Below, piece by piece: positions 26,501 through 40,016 of a DNA stretch of 64,000 nucleotides. A model generated the notes under the pieces. The model did not search any database. It had not been told where the DNA came from and saw only the letters and a list, made by a program, of their open reading frames with translations. Source of the DNA: Auanema rhodensis (Eukaryota; Animalia; Nematoda); the NCBI GenBank assembly GCA_964057225.1, contig OZ059900.1, positions 16,988,001-17,052,000 of the forward strand. The letters run 5' to 3'. The translations under genes and the position numbers were made by a program. Within the stretch, counting starts at the first letter, position 1. Each line of letters starts with the position of its first letter.

Positions 26501-29500
26501 ACATGCTGAACGCTAGAAAAATACAAAAACACAGTATTTCCCATGAGAAATATTTTATTATGCTGGAAAACCAGTTTTTGGAAATTTCGCTGTAAACAAG
26601 GTTTTGACTTACGATTTCATGTGTTCAAACTCATGCAATGTCAATGAAACCTAGCTCAAAATTGTTCGTACAACGTCTAGTTCCACTTTCACGACAAAAA
26701 AACAGGGGTTAGAAAATTAAGGAAATTAGCATATTCTGAGGGCACGCCCCTTATGGCTAATATTGATTAAATCGATTTTTGTTCATATGAGTCGTCAAAT
26801 GCAACGAATTTCAGCGTGTCACATACTAAAATGAAGCATTTTACATGCTGAACGCTAGAAAAATACAAAAACACAGTATTTCCCATGAGAAATATTTTAT
26901 TATGCTGGAAAACCAGTTTTTGGAAATTTCGCTGTAAACAAGGTTTTGACTTACGATTTCATGTGTTCAAACTCATGCAATGTCAATGAAACCTAGCTCA
27001 AAATTGTTCCTACAACGTCTAGTTCCACTTTCACGACAAAAAAACAGGGGTTAGAAAATTAAGGAAATTAGCATATTCTGAGGGCACGCCCTTTATGGCT
27101 AATATTGATTAAATCGATTTTTGTTCATATGAGTCGTCAAATGCAACGAATTTCAGCGTGTTACATACTAAAATGAAGCATTTTACATGCTGAACGCTAG
27201 AAAAATACAAAAACACAGTATTTCCCATGAGAAATATTTTATTATGCTGGAAAACCAGTTTTTGGAAATTTCGCTGTAAACAAGGTTTTGACTTACGATT
27301 TCATGTGTTCAAACTCATGCAATGTCAATGAAACCTAGCTCAAAATTGTTCCTACAACGTCTAGTTCCACTTTCACGACAAAAAAACAGGGGTTAGAAAA
27401 TTAAGGAAATTAGCATATTCTGAGGGCACGCCCCTTATGGCTAATATTGATTAAATCGATTTTTGTTCATATGAGTCGTCAAATGCAACGAATTTCAGCG
27501 TGTTACATACTAAAATGAAGCATTTTACATGCTGAACACTAGAAAAATACAAAAACATAGTATTTCCCATGAGAAATATTTTATTATGCTGGAAAACCAG
27601 TTTTTGGAAATTTCGCTGTAAACAAGGTTTTGACTTACGATTTCATGTGTTCAAACTCATGCAATGTCAATGAAACCTAGCTCAAAATTGTTCCTACAAC
27701 GTCTAGTTCCACTTTCACGACAAAAAAACAGGGGTTAGAAAATTAAGGAAATTAGCATATTCTGAGGGCACGCCCTTTATGGCTAATATTGATTAAATCG
27801 ATTTTTGTTCATATGAGTCGTCAAATGCAACGAATTTCAGCGTGTTACATACTAAAATGAAGCATTTTACATGCTGAACACTAGAAAAATACAAAAACAC
27901 AGTATTTCCCATGAGAAATATTTTATTATGCTGGAAAACCAGTTTTTGGAAATTTCGCTGTAAACAAGGTTTTGACTTACGATTTCATGTGTTCAAACTC
28001 ATGCAATGTCAATGAAACCTAGCTCAAAATTGTTCGTACAACGTCTAGTTCCACTTTCACGACAAAAAAACAGGGGTTAGAAAATTAAGGAAATTAGCAT
28101 ATTCTGAGGGCACGCCCCTTATGGCTAATATTGATTAAATCGATTTTTGTTCATATGAGTCGTCAAATGCAACGAATTTCAGCGTGTCACATACTAAAAT
28201 GAAGCATTTTACATGCTGAACGCTAGAAAAATACAAAAACACAGTATTTCCCATGAGAAATATTTTATTATGCTGGAAAACCAGTTTTTGGAAATTTCGC
28301 TGTAAACAAGGTTTTGACTTACGATTTCATGTGTTCAAACTCATGCAATGTCAATGAAACCTAGCTCAAAATTGTTCCTACAACGTCTAGTTCCACTTTC
28401 ACGACAAAAAAACAGGGGTTAGAAAATTAAGGAAATTAGCATATTCTGAGAGCACGCCCTTTATGGCTAATATTGATTAAATCGATTTTTGTTCATATGA
28501 GTCGTCAAATGCAACGAATTTCAGCGTGTTACATACTAAAATGAAGCATTTTACATGCTGAACACTAGAAAAATACAAAAACATAGTATTTCCCATGAGA
28601 AATATTTTATTATGCTGGAAAACCAGTTTTTGGAAATTTCGCTGTAAACAAGGTTTTGACTTACGATTTCATGTGTTCAAACTCATGCAATGTCAATGAA
28701 ACCTAGCTCAAAATTGTTCCTACAACGTCTAGTTCCACTTTCACGACAAAAAAACAGGGGTTAGAAAATTAAGGAAATTAGCATATTCTGAGGGCACGCC
28801 CTTTATGGCTAATATTGATTAAATCGATTTTTGTTCATATGAGTCGTCAAATGCAACGAATTTCAGCGTGTTACATACTAAAATGAAGCATTTTACATGC
28901 TGAACACTAGAAAAATACAAAAACACAGTATTTCCCATGAGAAATATTTTATTATGCTGGAAAACCAGTTTTTGGAAATTTCGCTGTAAACAAGGTTTTG
29001 ACTTACGATTTCATGTGTTCAAACTCATGCAATGTCAATGAAACCTAGCTCAAAATTGTTCGTACAACGTCTAGTTCCACTTTCACGACAAAAAAACAGG
29101 GGTTAGAAAATTAAGGAAATTAGCATATTCTGAGGGCACGCCCCTTATGGCTAATATTGATTAAATCGATTTTTGTTCATATGAGTCGTCAAATGCAACG
29201 AATTTCAGCGTGTCACATACTAAAATGAAGCATTTTACATGCTGAACGCTAGAAAAATACAAAAACACAGTATTTCCCATGAGAAATATTTTATTATGCT
29301 GGAAAACCAGTTTTTGGAAATTTCGCTGTAAACAAGGTTTTGACTTACGATTTCATGTGTTCAAACTCATGCAATGTCAATGAAACCTAGCTCAAAATTG
29401 TTCCTACAACGTCTAGTTCCACTTTCACGACAAAAAAACAGGGGTTAGAAAATTAAGGAAATTAGCATATTCTGAGGGCACGCCCTTTATGGCTAATATT

Positions 29501-30780
29501 GATTAAATCGATTTTTGTTCATATGAGTCGTCAAATGCAACGAATTTCAGCGTGTTACATACTAAAATGAAGCATTTTACATGCTGAACGCTAGAAAAAT
29601 ACAAAAACACAGTATTTCCCATGAGAAATATTTTATTATGCTAGAAAACCAGTTTTTGGAAATTTCGCTGTAAACAAGGTTTTGACTTACGATTTCATGT
29701 GTTCAAACTCATGCAATGTCAATGAAACCTAGCTCAAAATTGTTCCTACAACGTCTAGTTCCACTTTCACGACAAAAAAACAGGGGTTAGAAAATTAAGG
29801 AAATTAGCATATTCTGAGGGCACGCCCCTTATGGCTAATATTGATTAAATCGATTTTTGTTCATATGAGTCGTCAAATGCAACGAATTTCAGCGTGTTAC
29901 ATACTAAAATGAAGCATTTTACATGCTGAACACTAGAAAAATACAAAAACACAGTATTTCCCATGAGAAATATTTTATTATGCTGGAAAACCAGTTTTTG
30001 GAAATTTCGCTGTAAACAAGGTTTTGACTTACGATTTCATGTGTTCAAACTCATGCAATGTCAATGAAACCTAGCTCAAAATTGTTCGTACAACGTCTAG
30101 TTCCACTTTCACGACAAAAAAACAGGGGTTAGAAAATTAAGGAAATTAGCATATTCTGAGGGCACGCCCCTTATGGCTAATATTGATTAAATCGATTTTT
30201 GTTCATATGAGTCGTCAAATGCAACGAATTTCAGCGTGTCACATACTAAAATGAAGCATTTTACATGCTGAACGCTAGAAAAATACAAAAACACAGTATT
30301 TCCCATGAGAAATATTTTATTATGCTGGAAAACCAGTTTTTGGAAATTTCGCTGTAAACAAGGTTTTGACTTACGATTTCATGTGTTCAAACTCATGCAA
30401 TGTCAATGAAACCTAGCTCAAAATTGTTCCTACAACGTCTAGTTCCACTTTCACGACAAAAAAACAGGGGTTAGAAAATTAAGGAAATTAGCATATTCTG
30501 AGAGCACGCCCTTTATGGCTAATATTGATTAAATCGATTTTTGTTCATATGAGTCGTCAAATGCAACGAATTTCAGCGTGTTACATACTAAAATGAAGCA
30601 TTTTACATGCTGAACACTAGAAAAATACAAAAACATAGTATTTCCCATGAGAAATATTTTATTATGCTGGAAAACCAGTTTTTGGAAATTTCGCTGTAAA
30701 CAAGGTTTTGACTTACGATTTCATGTGTTCAAACTCATGCAATGTCAATGAAACCTAGCTCAAAATTGTTCCTACAACGT
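20521..30780. repeat. Satellite sub-domain C (monomers 61-90): p144C+p178G subfamily with loose 3/6-monomer periodicity
   Basis: p144C (GTGTCAC) occurs in monomers 63, 66, 69, 70, 73, 77, 79, 83, 86 and 89 and was not seen elsewhere. The p65A+p74T+p198T monomer occurs at 67, 74, 84 and 90. Confidence 0.85.
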
Positions 30781-33700
30781 CTAGTTCCACTTTCACGACA
30801 AAAAAACAGGGGTTAGAAAATTAAGGAAATTAGCATATTCTGAGGGCACGCCCTTTATGGCTAATATTGATTAAATCGATTTTTGTTCATATGAGTCGTC
30901 AAATGCAACGAATTTCAGCGTGTTACATACTAAAATGAAGCATTTCACATGCTGAACACTAGAAAAATACAAAAACACAGTATTTCCCATGAGAAATATT
31001 TTATTATGCTGGAAAACCAGTTTTTGGAAATTTCGCTGTAAACAAGGTTTTGACTTACGATTTCATGTGTTCAAACTCATGCAATGTCAATGAAACCTAG
31101 CTCAAAATTGTTCGTACAACGTCTGGTTCCACTTTCACGACAAAAAAACAGGGGTTAGAAAATTAAGGAAATTAGCATATTCTGAGGGCACGCCCCTTAT
31201 GGCTAATATTGATTAAATCGATTTTTGTTCATATGAGTCGTCAAATGCAACGAATTTCAGCGTGTTACATACTAAAATGAAGCATTTTACATGCTGAACA
31301 CTAGAAAAATACAAAAACACAGTATTTCCCATGAGAAATATTTTATTATGCTGGAAAACCAGTTTTTGGAAATTTCGCTGTAAACAAGGTTTTGACTTAC
31401 GATTTCATGTGTTCAAACTCATGCAATGTCAATGAAACCTAACTCAAAATTGTTCGTACAACGTCTAGTTCCACTTTCACGACAAAAAAACAGGGGTTAG
31501 AAAATTAAGGAAATTAGCATATTCTGAGGGCACGCCCCCTTATGGCTAATATTGATTAAATCGATTTTTGTTCATATGAGTCGTCAAATGCAACGAATTT
31601 CAGCGTGTTACATACTAAAATGAAGCATTTTACATGCTGAACACTAGAAAAATACAAAAACACAGTATTTCCCATGAGAAATATTTTATTATGCTGGAAA
31701 ACCAGTTTTTGAAAATTTCGCTGTAAACAAGGTTTTGACTTACGATTTCATGTTTTCAAACTCATGCAATGTCAATGAAACCTAGCTCAAAATTGTTCGT
31801 ACAACGTCTAGTTCCACTTTCACGACAAAAAAACAGGGGTTAGAAAATTAAGGAAATTAGCATATTCTGAGGGCACGCCCCCTTATGGCTAATATTGATT
31901 AAATCGATTTTTGTTCATATGAGTCGTCAAATGCAACGAATTTCAGCGTGTTACATACTAAAATGAAGCATTTTACATGCTGAACACTAGAAAAATACAA
32001 AAACACAGTATTTCCCATGAGAAATATTTTATTATGCTGGAAAACCAGTTTTTGGAAATTTCGCTGTAAACAAGGTTTTGACTTACGATTTCATGTGTTC
32101 AAACTCATGCAATGTCAATGAAACCTAGCTCAAAATTGTTCGTACAACGTCTAGTTCCACTTTCACGACAAAAAAACAGGGGTTAGAAAATTAAGGAAAT
32201 TAGCATATTCTGAGGGCACGCCCTTTATGGCTAATATTGATTAAATCGATTTTTGTTCATATGAGTCGTCAAATGCAACGAATTTCAGCGTGTTACATAC
32301 TAAAATGAAGCATTTTACATGCTGAACACTAGAAAAATACAAAAACACAGTATTTCCCATGAGAAATATTTTATTATGCTGGAAAACCAGTTTTTGAAAA
32401 TTTCGCTGTAAACAAGGTTTTGACTTACGATTTCATGTGTTCAAACTCATGCAATGTCAATGAAACCTAGCTCAAATTTGTTCCTACAACGTCTAGTTCC
32501 ACTTTCACGACAAAAAAACAGGGGTTAGAAAATTAAGGAAATTAGCATATTCTGAGGGCACGCCCCTTATGGCTAATATTGATTAAATCGATTTTTGTTC
32601 ATATGAGTCGTCAAATGCAACGAATTTCAGCGTGTTACATACTAAAATGAAGCATTTTACATGCTGAACACTAGAAAAATACAAAAACACAGTATTTCCC
32701 ATGAGAAATATTTTATTATGCTGGAAAACCAGTTTTTGGAAATTTCGCTGTAAACAAGGTTTTGACTTACGATTTCATGTGTTCAAACTCATGCAATGTC
32801 AATGAAACCTAGCTCAAAATTGTTCCTACAACGTCTAGTTCCACTTTCACGACAAAAAAACAGGGGTTAGAAAATTAAGGAAATTAGCATATTCTGAGGG
32901 CACGCCCTTTATGGCTAATATTGATTAAATCGATTTTTGTTCATATGAGTCGTCAAATGCAACGAATTTCAGCGTGTTACATACTAAAATGAAGCATTTC
33001 ACATGCTGAACACTAGAAAAATACAAAAACACAGTATTTCCCATGAGAAATATTTTATTATGCTGGAAAACCAGTTTTTGGAAATTTCGCTGTAAACAAG
33101 GTTTTGACTTACGATTTCATGTGTTCAAACTCATGCAATGTCAATGAAACCTAGCTCAAAATTGTTCGTACAACGTCTAGTTCCACTTTCACGACTAAAA
33201 AACAGGGGTTAGAAAATTAAGGAAATTAGCATATTCTGAGGGCACGCCCCTTATGGCTAATATTGATTAAATCGATTTTTGTTCATATGAGTCGTCAAAT
33301 GCAACGAATTTCAGCGTGTTACATACTAAAATGAAGCATTTTACATGCTGAACACTAGAAAAATACAAAAACACAGTATTTCCCATGAGAAATATTTTAT
33401 TATGCTGGAAAACCAGTTTTTGGAAATTTCGCTGTAAACAAGGTTTTGACTTACGATTTCATGTGTTCAAACTCATGCAATGTCAATGAAACCCAGCTCA
33501 AAATTGTTCGTACAACGTCTAGTTCCACTTTCACGACAAAAAAACAGGGGTTAGAAAATTAAGGAAATTAGCATATTCTGAGGGCACGCCCCTTATGGCT
33601 AATATTGATTAAATCGATTTTTGTTCATAGGAGTCGTCAAATGCAACGAATTTCAGCGTGTTACATACTAAAATGAAGCATTTTACATGCTGAACACTAG

Positions 33701-36700
33701 AAAAATACAAAAACACAGTATTTCCCATGAGAAATATTTTATTATGCTGGAAAACCAGTTTTTGGAAATTTCGCTGTAAACAAGGTTTTGACTTACGATT
33801 TCATGTGTTCAAACTCATGCAATGTCAATGAAACCTAGCTCAAAATTGTTCGTACAACGTCTAGTTCCACTTTCACGACAAAAAAACAGGGGTTAGAAAA
33901 TTAAGGAAATTAGCATATTCTGAGGGCACGCCCCTTATGGCTAATATTGATTAAATCGATTTTTGTTCATATGAGTCGTCAAATGCAACGAATTTCAGCG
34001 TGTTACATACTAAAATGAAGCATTTTACATGCTGAACACTAGAAAAATACAAAAACACAGTATTTCCCATGAGAAATATTTTATTATGCTGGAAAACCAG
34101 TTTTTGGAAATTTCGCTGTAAACAAGGTTTTGACTTACGATTTCATGTGTTCAAACTCATGCAATGTCAATGAAACCCAGCTCAAAATTGTTCGTACAAC
34201 GTCTAGTTCCACTTTCACGACAAAAAAACAGGGGTTAGAAAATTAAGGAAATTAGCATATTCTGAGGGCACGCCCCTTATGGCTAATATTGATTAAATCG
34301 ATTTTTGTTCATATGAGTCGTCAAATGCAACGAATTTCAGCGTGTTACATACTAAAATGAAGCATTTTACATGCTGAACACTAGAAAAATACAAAAACAC
34401 AGTATTTCCCATGAGAAATATTTTATTATGCTGGAAAACCAGTTTTTGGAAATTTCGCTGTAAACAAGGTTTTGACTTACGATTTCATGTGTTCAAACTC
34501 ATGCAATGTCAATGAAACCTAGCTCAAAATTGTTCGTACAACGTCTAGTTCCACTTTCACGACAAAAAAACAGGGGTTAGAAAATTAAGGAAATTAGCAT
34601 ATTCTGAGGGCACGCCCCTTATGGCTAATATTGATTAAATCGATTTTTGTTCATATGAGTCGTCAAATGCAACGAATTTCAGCGTGTTACATACTAAAAT
34701 GAAGCATTTTACATGCTGAACACTAGAAAAATACAAAAACACAGTATTTCCCATGAGAAATATTTTATTATGCTGGAAAACCAGTTTTTGGAAATTTCGC
34801 TGTAAACAAGGTTTTGACTTACGATTTCATGTGTTCAAACTCATGCAATGTCAATGAAACCCAGCTCAAAATTGTTCGTACAACGTCTAGTTCCACTTTC
34901 ACGACAAAAAAACAGGGGTTAGAAAATTAAGGAAATTAGCATATTCTGAGGGCACGCCCCTTATGGCTAATATTGATTAAATCGATTTTTGTTCATATGA
35001 GTCGTCAAATGCAACGAATTTCAGCGTGTTACATACTAAAATGAAGCATTTTACATGCTGAACACTAGAAAAATACAAAAACACAGTATTTCCCATGAGA
35101 AATATTTTATTATGCTGGAAAACCAGTTTTTGGAAATTTCGCTGTAAACAAGGTTTTGACTTACGATTTCATGTGTTCAAACTCATGCAATGTCAATAAA
35201 ACCTAGCTCAAAATTGTTCGTACAACGTCTAGTTCCACTTTCACGACAAAAAAACAGGGGTTAGAAAATTAAGGAAATTAGCATATTCTGAGGGCACGCC
35301 CCTTATGGCTAATATTGATTAAATCGATTTTTGTTCATATGAGTCGTCAAATGCAACGAATTTCAGCGTGTTACATACTAAAATGAAGCATTTTACATGC
35401 TGAACACTAGAAAAATACAAAAACACAGTATTTCCCATGAGAAATATTTTATTATGCTGGAAAACCAGTTTTTGAAAATTTCGCTGTAAACAAGGTTTTG
35501 ACTTACGATTTCATGTGTTCAAACTCATGCAATGTCAATGAAACCTAGCTCAAAATTGTTCCTACAACGTCTAGTTCCACTTTCACGACAAAAAAACAGG
35601 GGTTAGAAAATTAAGGAAATTAGCATATTCTGAGGGCACGCCCTTTATGGCTAATATTGATTAAATCGATTTTTGTTCATATGAGTCGTCAAATGCAACG
35701 AATTTCAGCGTGTTACATACTAAAATGAAGCATTTTACATGCTGAACACTAGAAAAATACAAAAACACAGTATTTCCCATGAGAAATATTTTATTATGCT
35801 GGAAAACCAGTTTTTGAAAATTTCGCTGTAAACAAGGTTTTGACTTACGATTTCATGTGTTCAAACTCATGCAATGTCAATGAAACCTAGCTCAAAATTG
35901 TTCCTACAACGTCTAGTTCCACTTTCACGACAAAAAAACAGGGGTTAGAAAATTAAGGAAATTAGCATATTCTGAGGGCACGCCCCTTATGGCTAATATT
36001 GATTAAATCGATTTTTGTTCATATGAGTCGTCAAATGCAACGAATTTCAGCGTGTTACATACTAAAATGAAGCATTTTACATGCTGAACACTAGAAAAAT
36101 ACAAAAACACAGTATTTCCCATGAGAAATATTTTATTATGCTGGAAAACCAGTTTTTGAAAATTTCGCTGTAAACAAGGTTTTGACTTACGATTTCATGT
36201 GTTCAAACTCATGCAATGTCAATGAAACCTAGCTCAAAATTGTTCCTACAACGTCTAGTTCCACTTTCACGACAAAAAAACAGGGGTTAGAAAATTAAGG
36301 AAATTAGCATATTCTGAGGGCACGCCCTTTATGGCTAATATTGATTAAATCGATTTTTGTTCATATGAGTCGTCAAATGCAACGAATTTCAGCGTGTTAC
36401 ATACTAAAATGAAGCATTTTACATGCTGAACACTAGAAAAATACAAAAACACAGTATTTCCCATGAGAAATATTTTATTATGCTGGAAAACCAGTTTTTG
36501 AAAATTTCGCTGTAAACAAGGTTTTGACTTACGATTTCATGTGTTCAAACTCATGCAATGTCAATGAAACCTAGCTCAAAATTGTTCCTACAACGTCTAG
36601 TTCCACTTTCACGACAAAAAAACAGGGGTTAGAAAATTAAGGAAATTAGCATATTCTGAGGGCACGCCCCTTATGGCTAATATTGATTAAATCGATTTTT

Positions 36701-39700
36701 GTTCATATGAGTCGTCAAATGCAACGAATTTCAGCGTGTTACATACTAAAATGAAGCATTTTACATGCTGAACACTAGAAAAATACAAAAACACAGTATT
36801 TCCCATGAGAAATATTTTATTATGCTGGAAAACCAGTTTTTGGAAATTTCGCTGTAAACAAGGTTTTGACTTACGATTTCATGTGTTCAAACTCATGCAA
36901 TGTCAATGAAACCTAGCTCAAAATTGTTCCTACAACGTCTAGTTCCACTTTCACGACAAAAAAACAGGGGTTAGAAAATTAAGGAAATTAGCATATTCTG
37001 AGGGCACGCCCTTTATGGCTAATATTGATTAAATCGATTTTTGTTCATATGAGTCGTCAAATGCAACGAATTTCAGCGTGTTACATACTAAAATGAAGCA
37101 TTTCACATGCTGAACACTAGAAAAATACAAAAACACAGTATTTCCCATGAGAAATATTTTATTATGCTGGAAAACCAGTTTTTGGAAATTTCGCTGTAAA
37201 CAAGGTTTTGACTTACGATTTCATGTGTTCAAACTCATGCAATGTCAATGAAACCTAGCTCAAAATTGTTCGTACAACGTCTAGTTCCACTTTCACGACA
37301 AAAAAACAGGGGTTAGAAAATTAAGGAAATTAGCATATTCTGAGGGCACGCCCCTTATGGCTAATATTGATTAAATCGATTTTTGTTCATATGAGTCGTC
37401 AAATGCAACGAATTTCAGCGTGTTACATACTAAAATGAAGCATTTTACATGCTGAACACTAGAAAAATACAAAAACACAGTAATACCCATGAGAAATATT
37501 TTATTATGCTGGAAAACCAGTTTTTGGAAATTTCGCTGTAAACAAGGTTTTGACTTACGATTTCATGTGTTCAAACTCATGCAATGTCAATGAAACCTAG
37601 CTCAAAATTGTTAATACAATGTCTAGTTCCACTTTCACGACAAAAAAACAGGGGTTAGAAAATTAAGGAAATTAGCATATTCTGAGGGCACGCCCCTTAT
37701 GGCTAATATTGATTTAATCGATTTTTGTTCATATGAGTCGTCAAATGCAACGAATTTCAGCGTGTTACATACTAAAATGAAGCATTTTACATGCTGAACA
37801 CTAGAAAAATACAAAAACACAGTATTTCCCATGAGAAATATTTTATTATGCTGGAAAACCAGTTTTTGGAAATTTCGCTGTAAACAAGGTTTTGACTTAC
37901 GATTTCATGTGTTCAAACTCATGCAATGTCAATGAAACCCAGCTCAAAATTGTTCGTACAACGTCTAGTTCCACTTTCACGACAAAAAAACAGGGGTTAG
38001 AAAATTAAGGAAATTAGCATATTCTGAGGGCACGCCCCTTATGGCTAATATTGATTAAATCGATTTTTGTTCATATGAGTCGTCAAATGCAACGAATTTC
38101 AGCGTGTTACATACTAAAATGAAGCATTTTACATGCTGAACACTAGAAAAATACAAAAACACAGTATTTCCCATGAGAAATATTTTATTATGCTGGAAAA
38201 CCAGTTTTTGGAAATTTCGCTGTAAACAAGATTTTGACTTACGATTTCATGTGTTCAAACTCATGCAATGTCAATGAAACCTAGCTCAAAATTGTTCGTA
38301 CAACCTCTAGTTCCACTTTCACGACAAAAAAACAGGGGTTGGAAAAGTAAGGAAATTAGCATATTCTGAGGGCACGCCCCTTATGGCTAATATTGATTAA
38401 ATCGATTTTTGTTCATATGAGTCGTCAAATGCAACGAATTTCAGCGTGTTACATACTAAAATGAAGCATTTTACATGCTGAACACTAGAAAAATACAAAA
38501 ACACAGTATTTCCCATGAGAAATATTTTATTATGCTGGAAAACCAGTTTTTGGAAATTTCGCTGTAAACAAGATTTTGACTTACGATTTCATGTGTTCAA
38601 ACTCATGCAATGTCAATGAAACCTAGCTCAAAATTGTTCCTACAACGTCTAGTTCCACTTTCACGACAAAAAAACAGGGGTTAGAAAATTAAGGAAATTA
38701 GCATATTCTGAGGGCACGCCCTTTATGGCTAATATTGATTAAATCGATTTTTGTTCATATGAGTCGTCAAATGCAACGAATTTCAGCGTGTTACATACTA
38801 AAATGAAGCATTTTACATGCTGAACACTAGAAAAATACAAAAACACAGTATTTCCCATGAGAAATATTTTATTATGCTGGAAAACCAGTTTTTGAAAATT
38901 TCGCTGTAAACAAGGTTTTGACTTACGATTTCATGTGTTCAAACTCATGCAATGTCAATGAAACCTAGCTCAAAATTGTTCCTACAACGTCTAGTTCCAC
39001 TTTCACGACAAAAAAACAGGGGTTAGAAAATTAAGGAAATTAGCATATTCTGAGGGCACGCCCCTTATGGCTAATATTGATTAAATCGATTTTTGTTCAT
39101 ATGAGTCGTCAAATGCAACGAATTTCAGCGTGTTACATACTAAAATGAAGCATTTTACATGCTGAACACTAGAAAAATACAAAAACACAGTATTTCCCAT
39201 GAGAAATATTTTATTATGCTGGAAAACCAGTTTTTGAAAATTTCGCTGTAAACAAGGTTTTGACTTACGATTTCATGTGTTCAAACTCATGCAATGTCAA
39301 TGAAACCTAGCTCAAAATTGTTCCTACAACGTCTAGTTCCACTTTCACGACAAAAAAACAGGGGTTAGAAAATTAAGGAAATTAGCATATTCTGAGGGCA
39401 CGCCCTTTATGGCTAATATTGATTAAATCGATTTTTGTTCATATGAGTCGTCAAATGCAACGAATTTCAGCGTGTTACATACTAAAATGAAGCATTTTAC
39501 ATGCTGAACACTAGAAAAATACAAAAACACAGTATTTCCCATGAGAAATATTTTATTATGCTGGAAAACCAGTTTTTGAAAATTTCGCTGTAAACAAGGT
39601 TTTGACTTACGATTTCATGTGTTCAAACTCATGCAATGTCAATGAAACCTAGCTCAAAATTGTTCCTACAACGTCTAGTTCCACTTTCACGACAAAAAAA

Positions 39701-40016
39701 CAGGGGTTAGAAAATTAAGGAAATTAGCATATTCTGAGGGCACGCCCCTTATGGCTAATATTGATTAAATCGATTTTTGTTCATATGAGTCGTCAAATGC
39801 AACGAATTTCAGCGTGTTACATACTAAAATGAAGCATTTTACATGCTGAACACTAGAAAAATACAAAAACACAGTATTTCCCATGAGAAATATTTTATTA
39901 TGCTGGAAAACCAGTTTTTGGAAATTTCGCTGTAAACAAGGTTTTGACTTACGATTTCATGTGTTCAAACTCATGCAATGTCAATGAAACCTAGCTCAAA
40001 ATTGTTCCTACAACGT

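Noticed and set aside
21205-30438. p144C and p178G co-occurrence as a compensatory base pair
   Set aside because: The two positions do not pair in the predicted hairpin and p178G often occurs alone. Shared descent explains the linkage.
37635-37832. 65-aa minus-strand ORF from the ORF track
   Set aside because: It exists only because the singleton A37715T turns the TAA stop present in the other monomers into AAA (S-I-*-S-I becomes S-I-K-S-I). It has no recognisable domain and no gene context.
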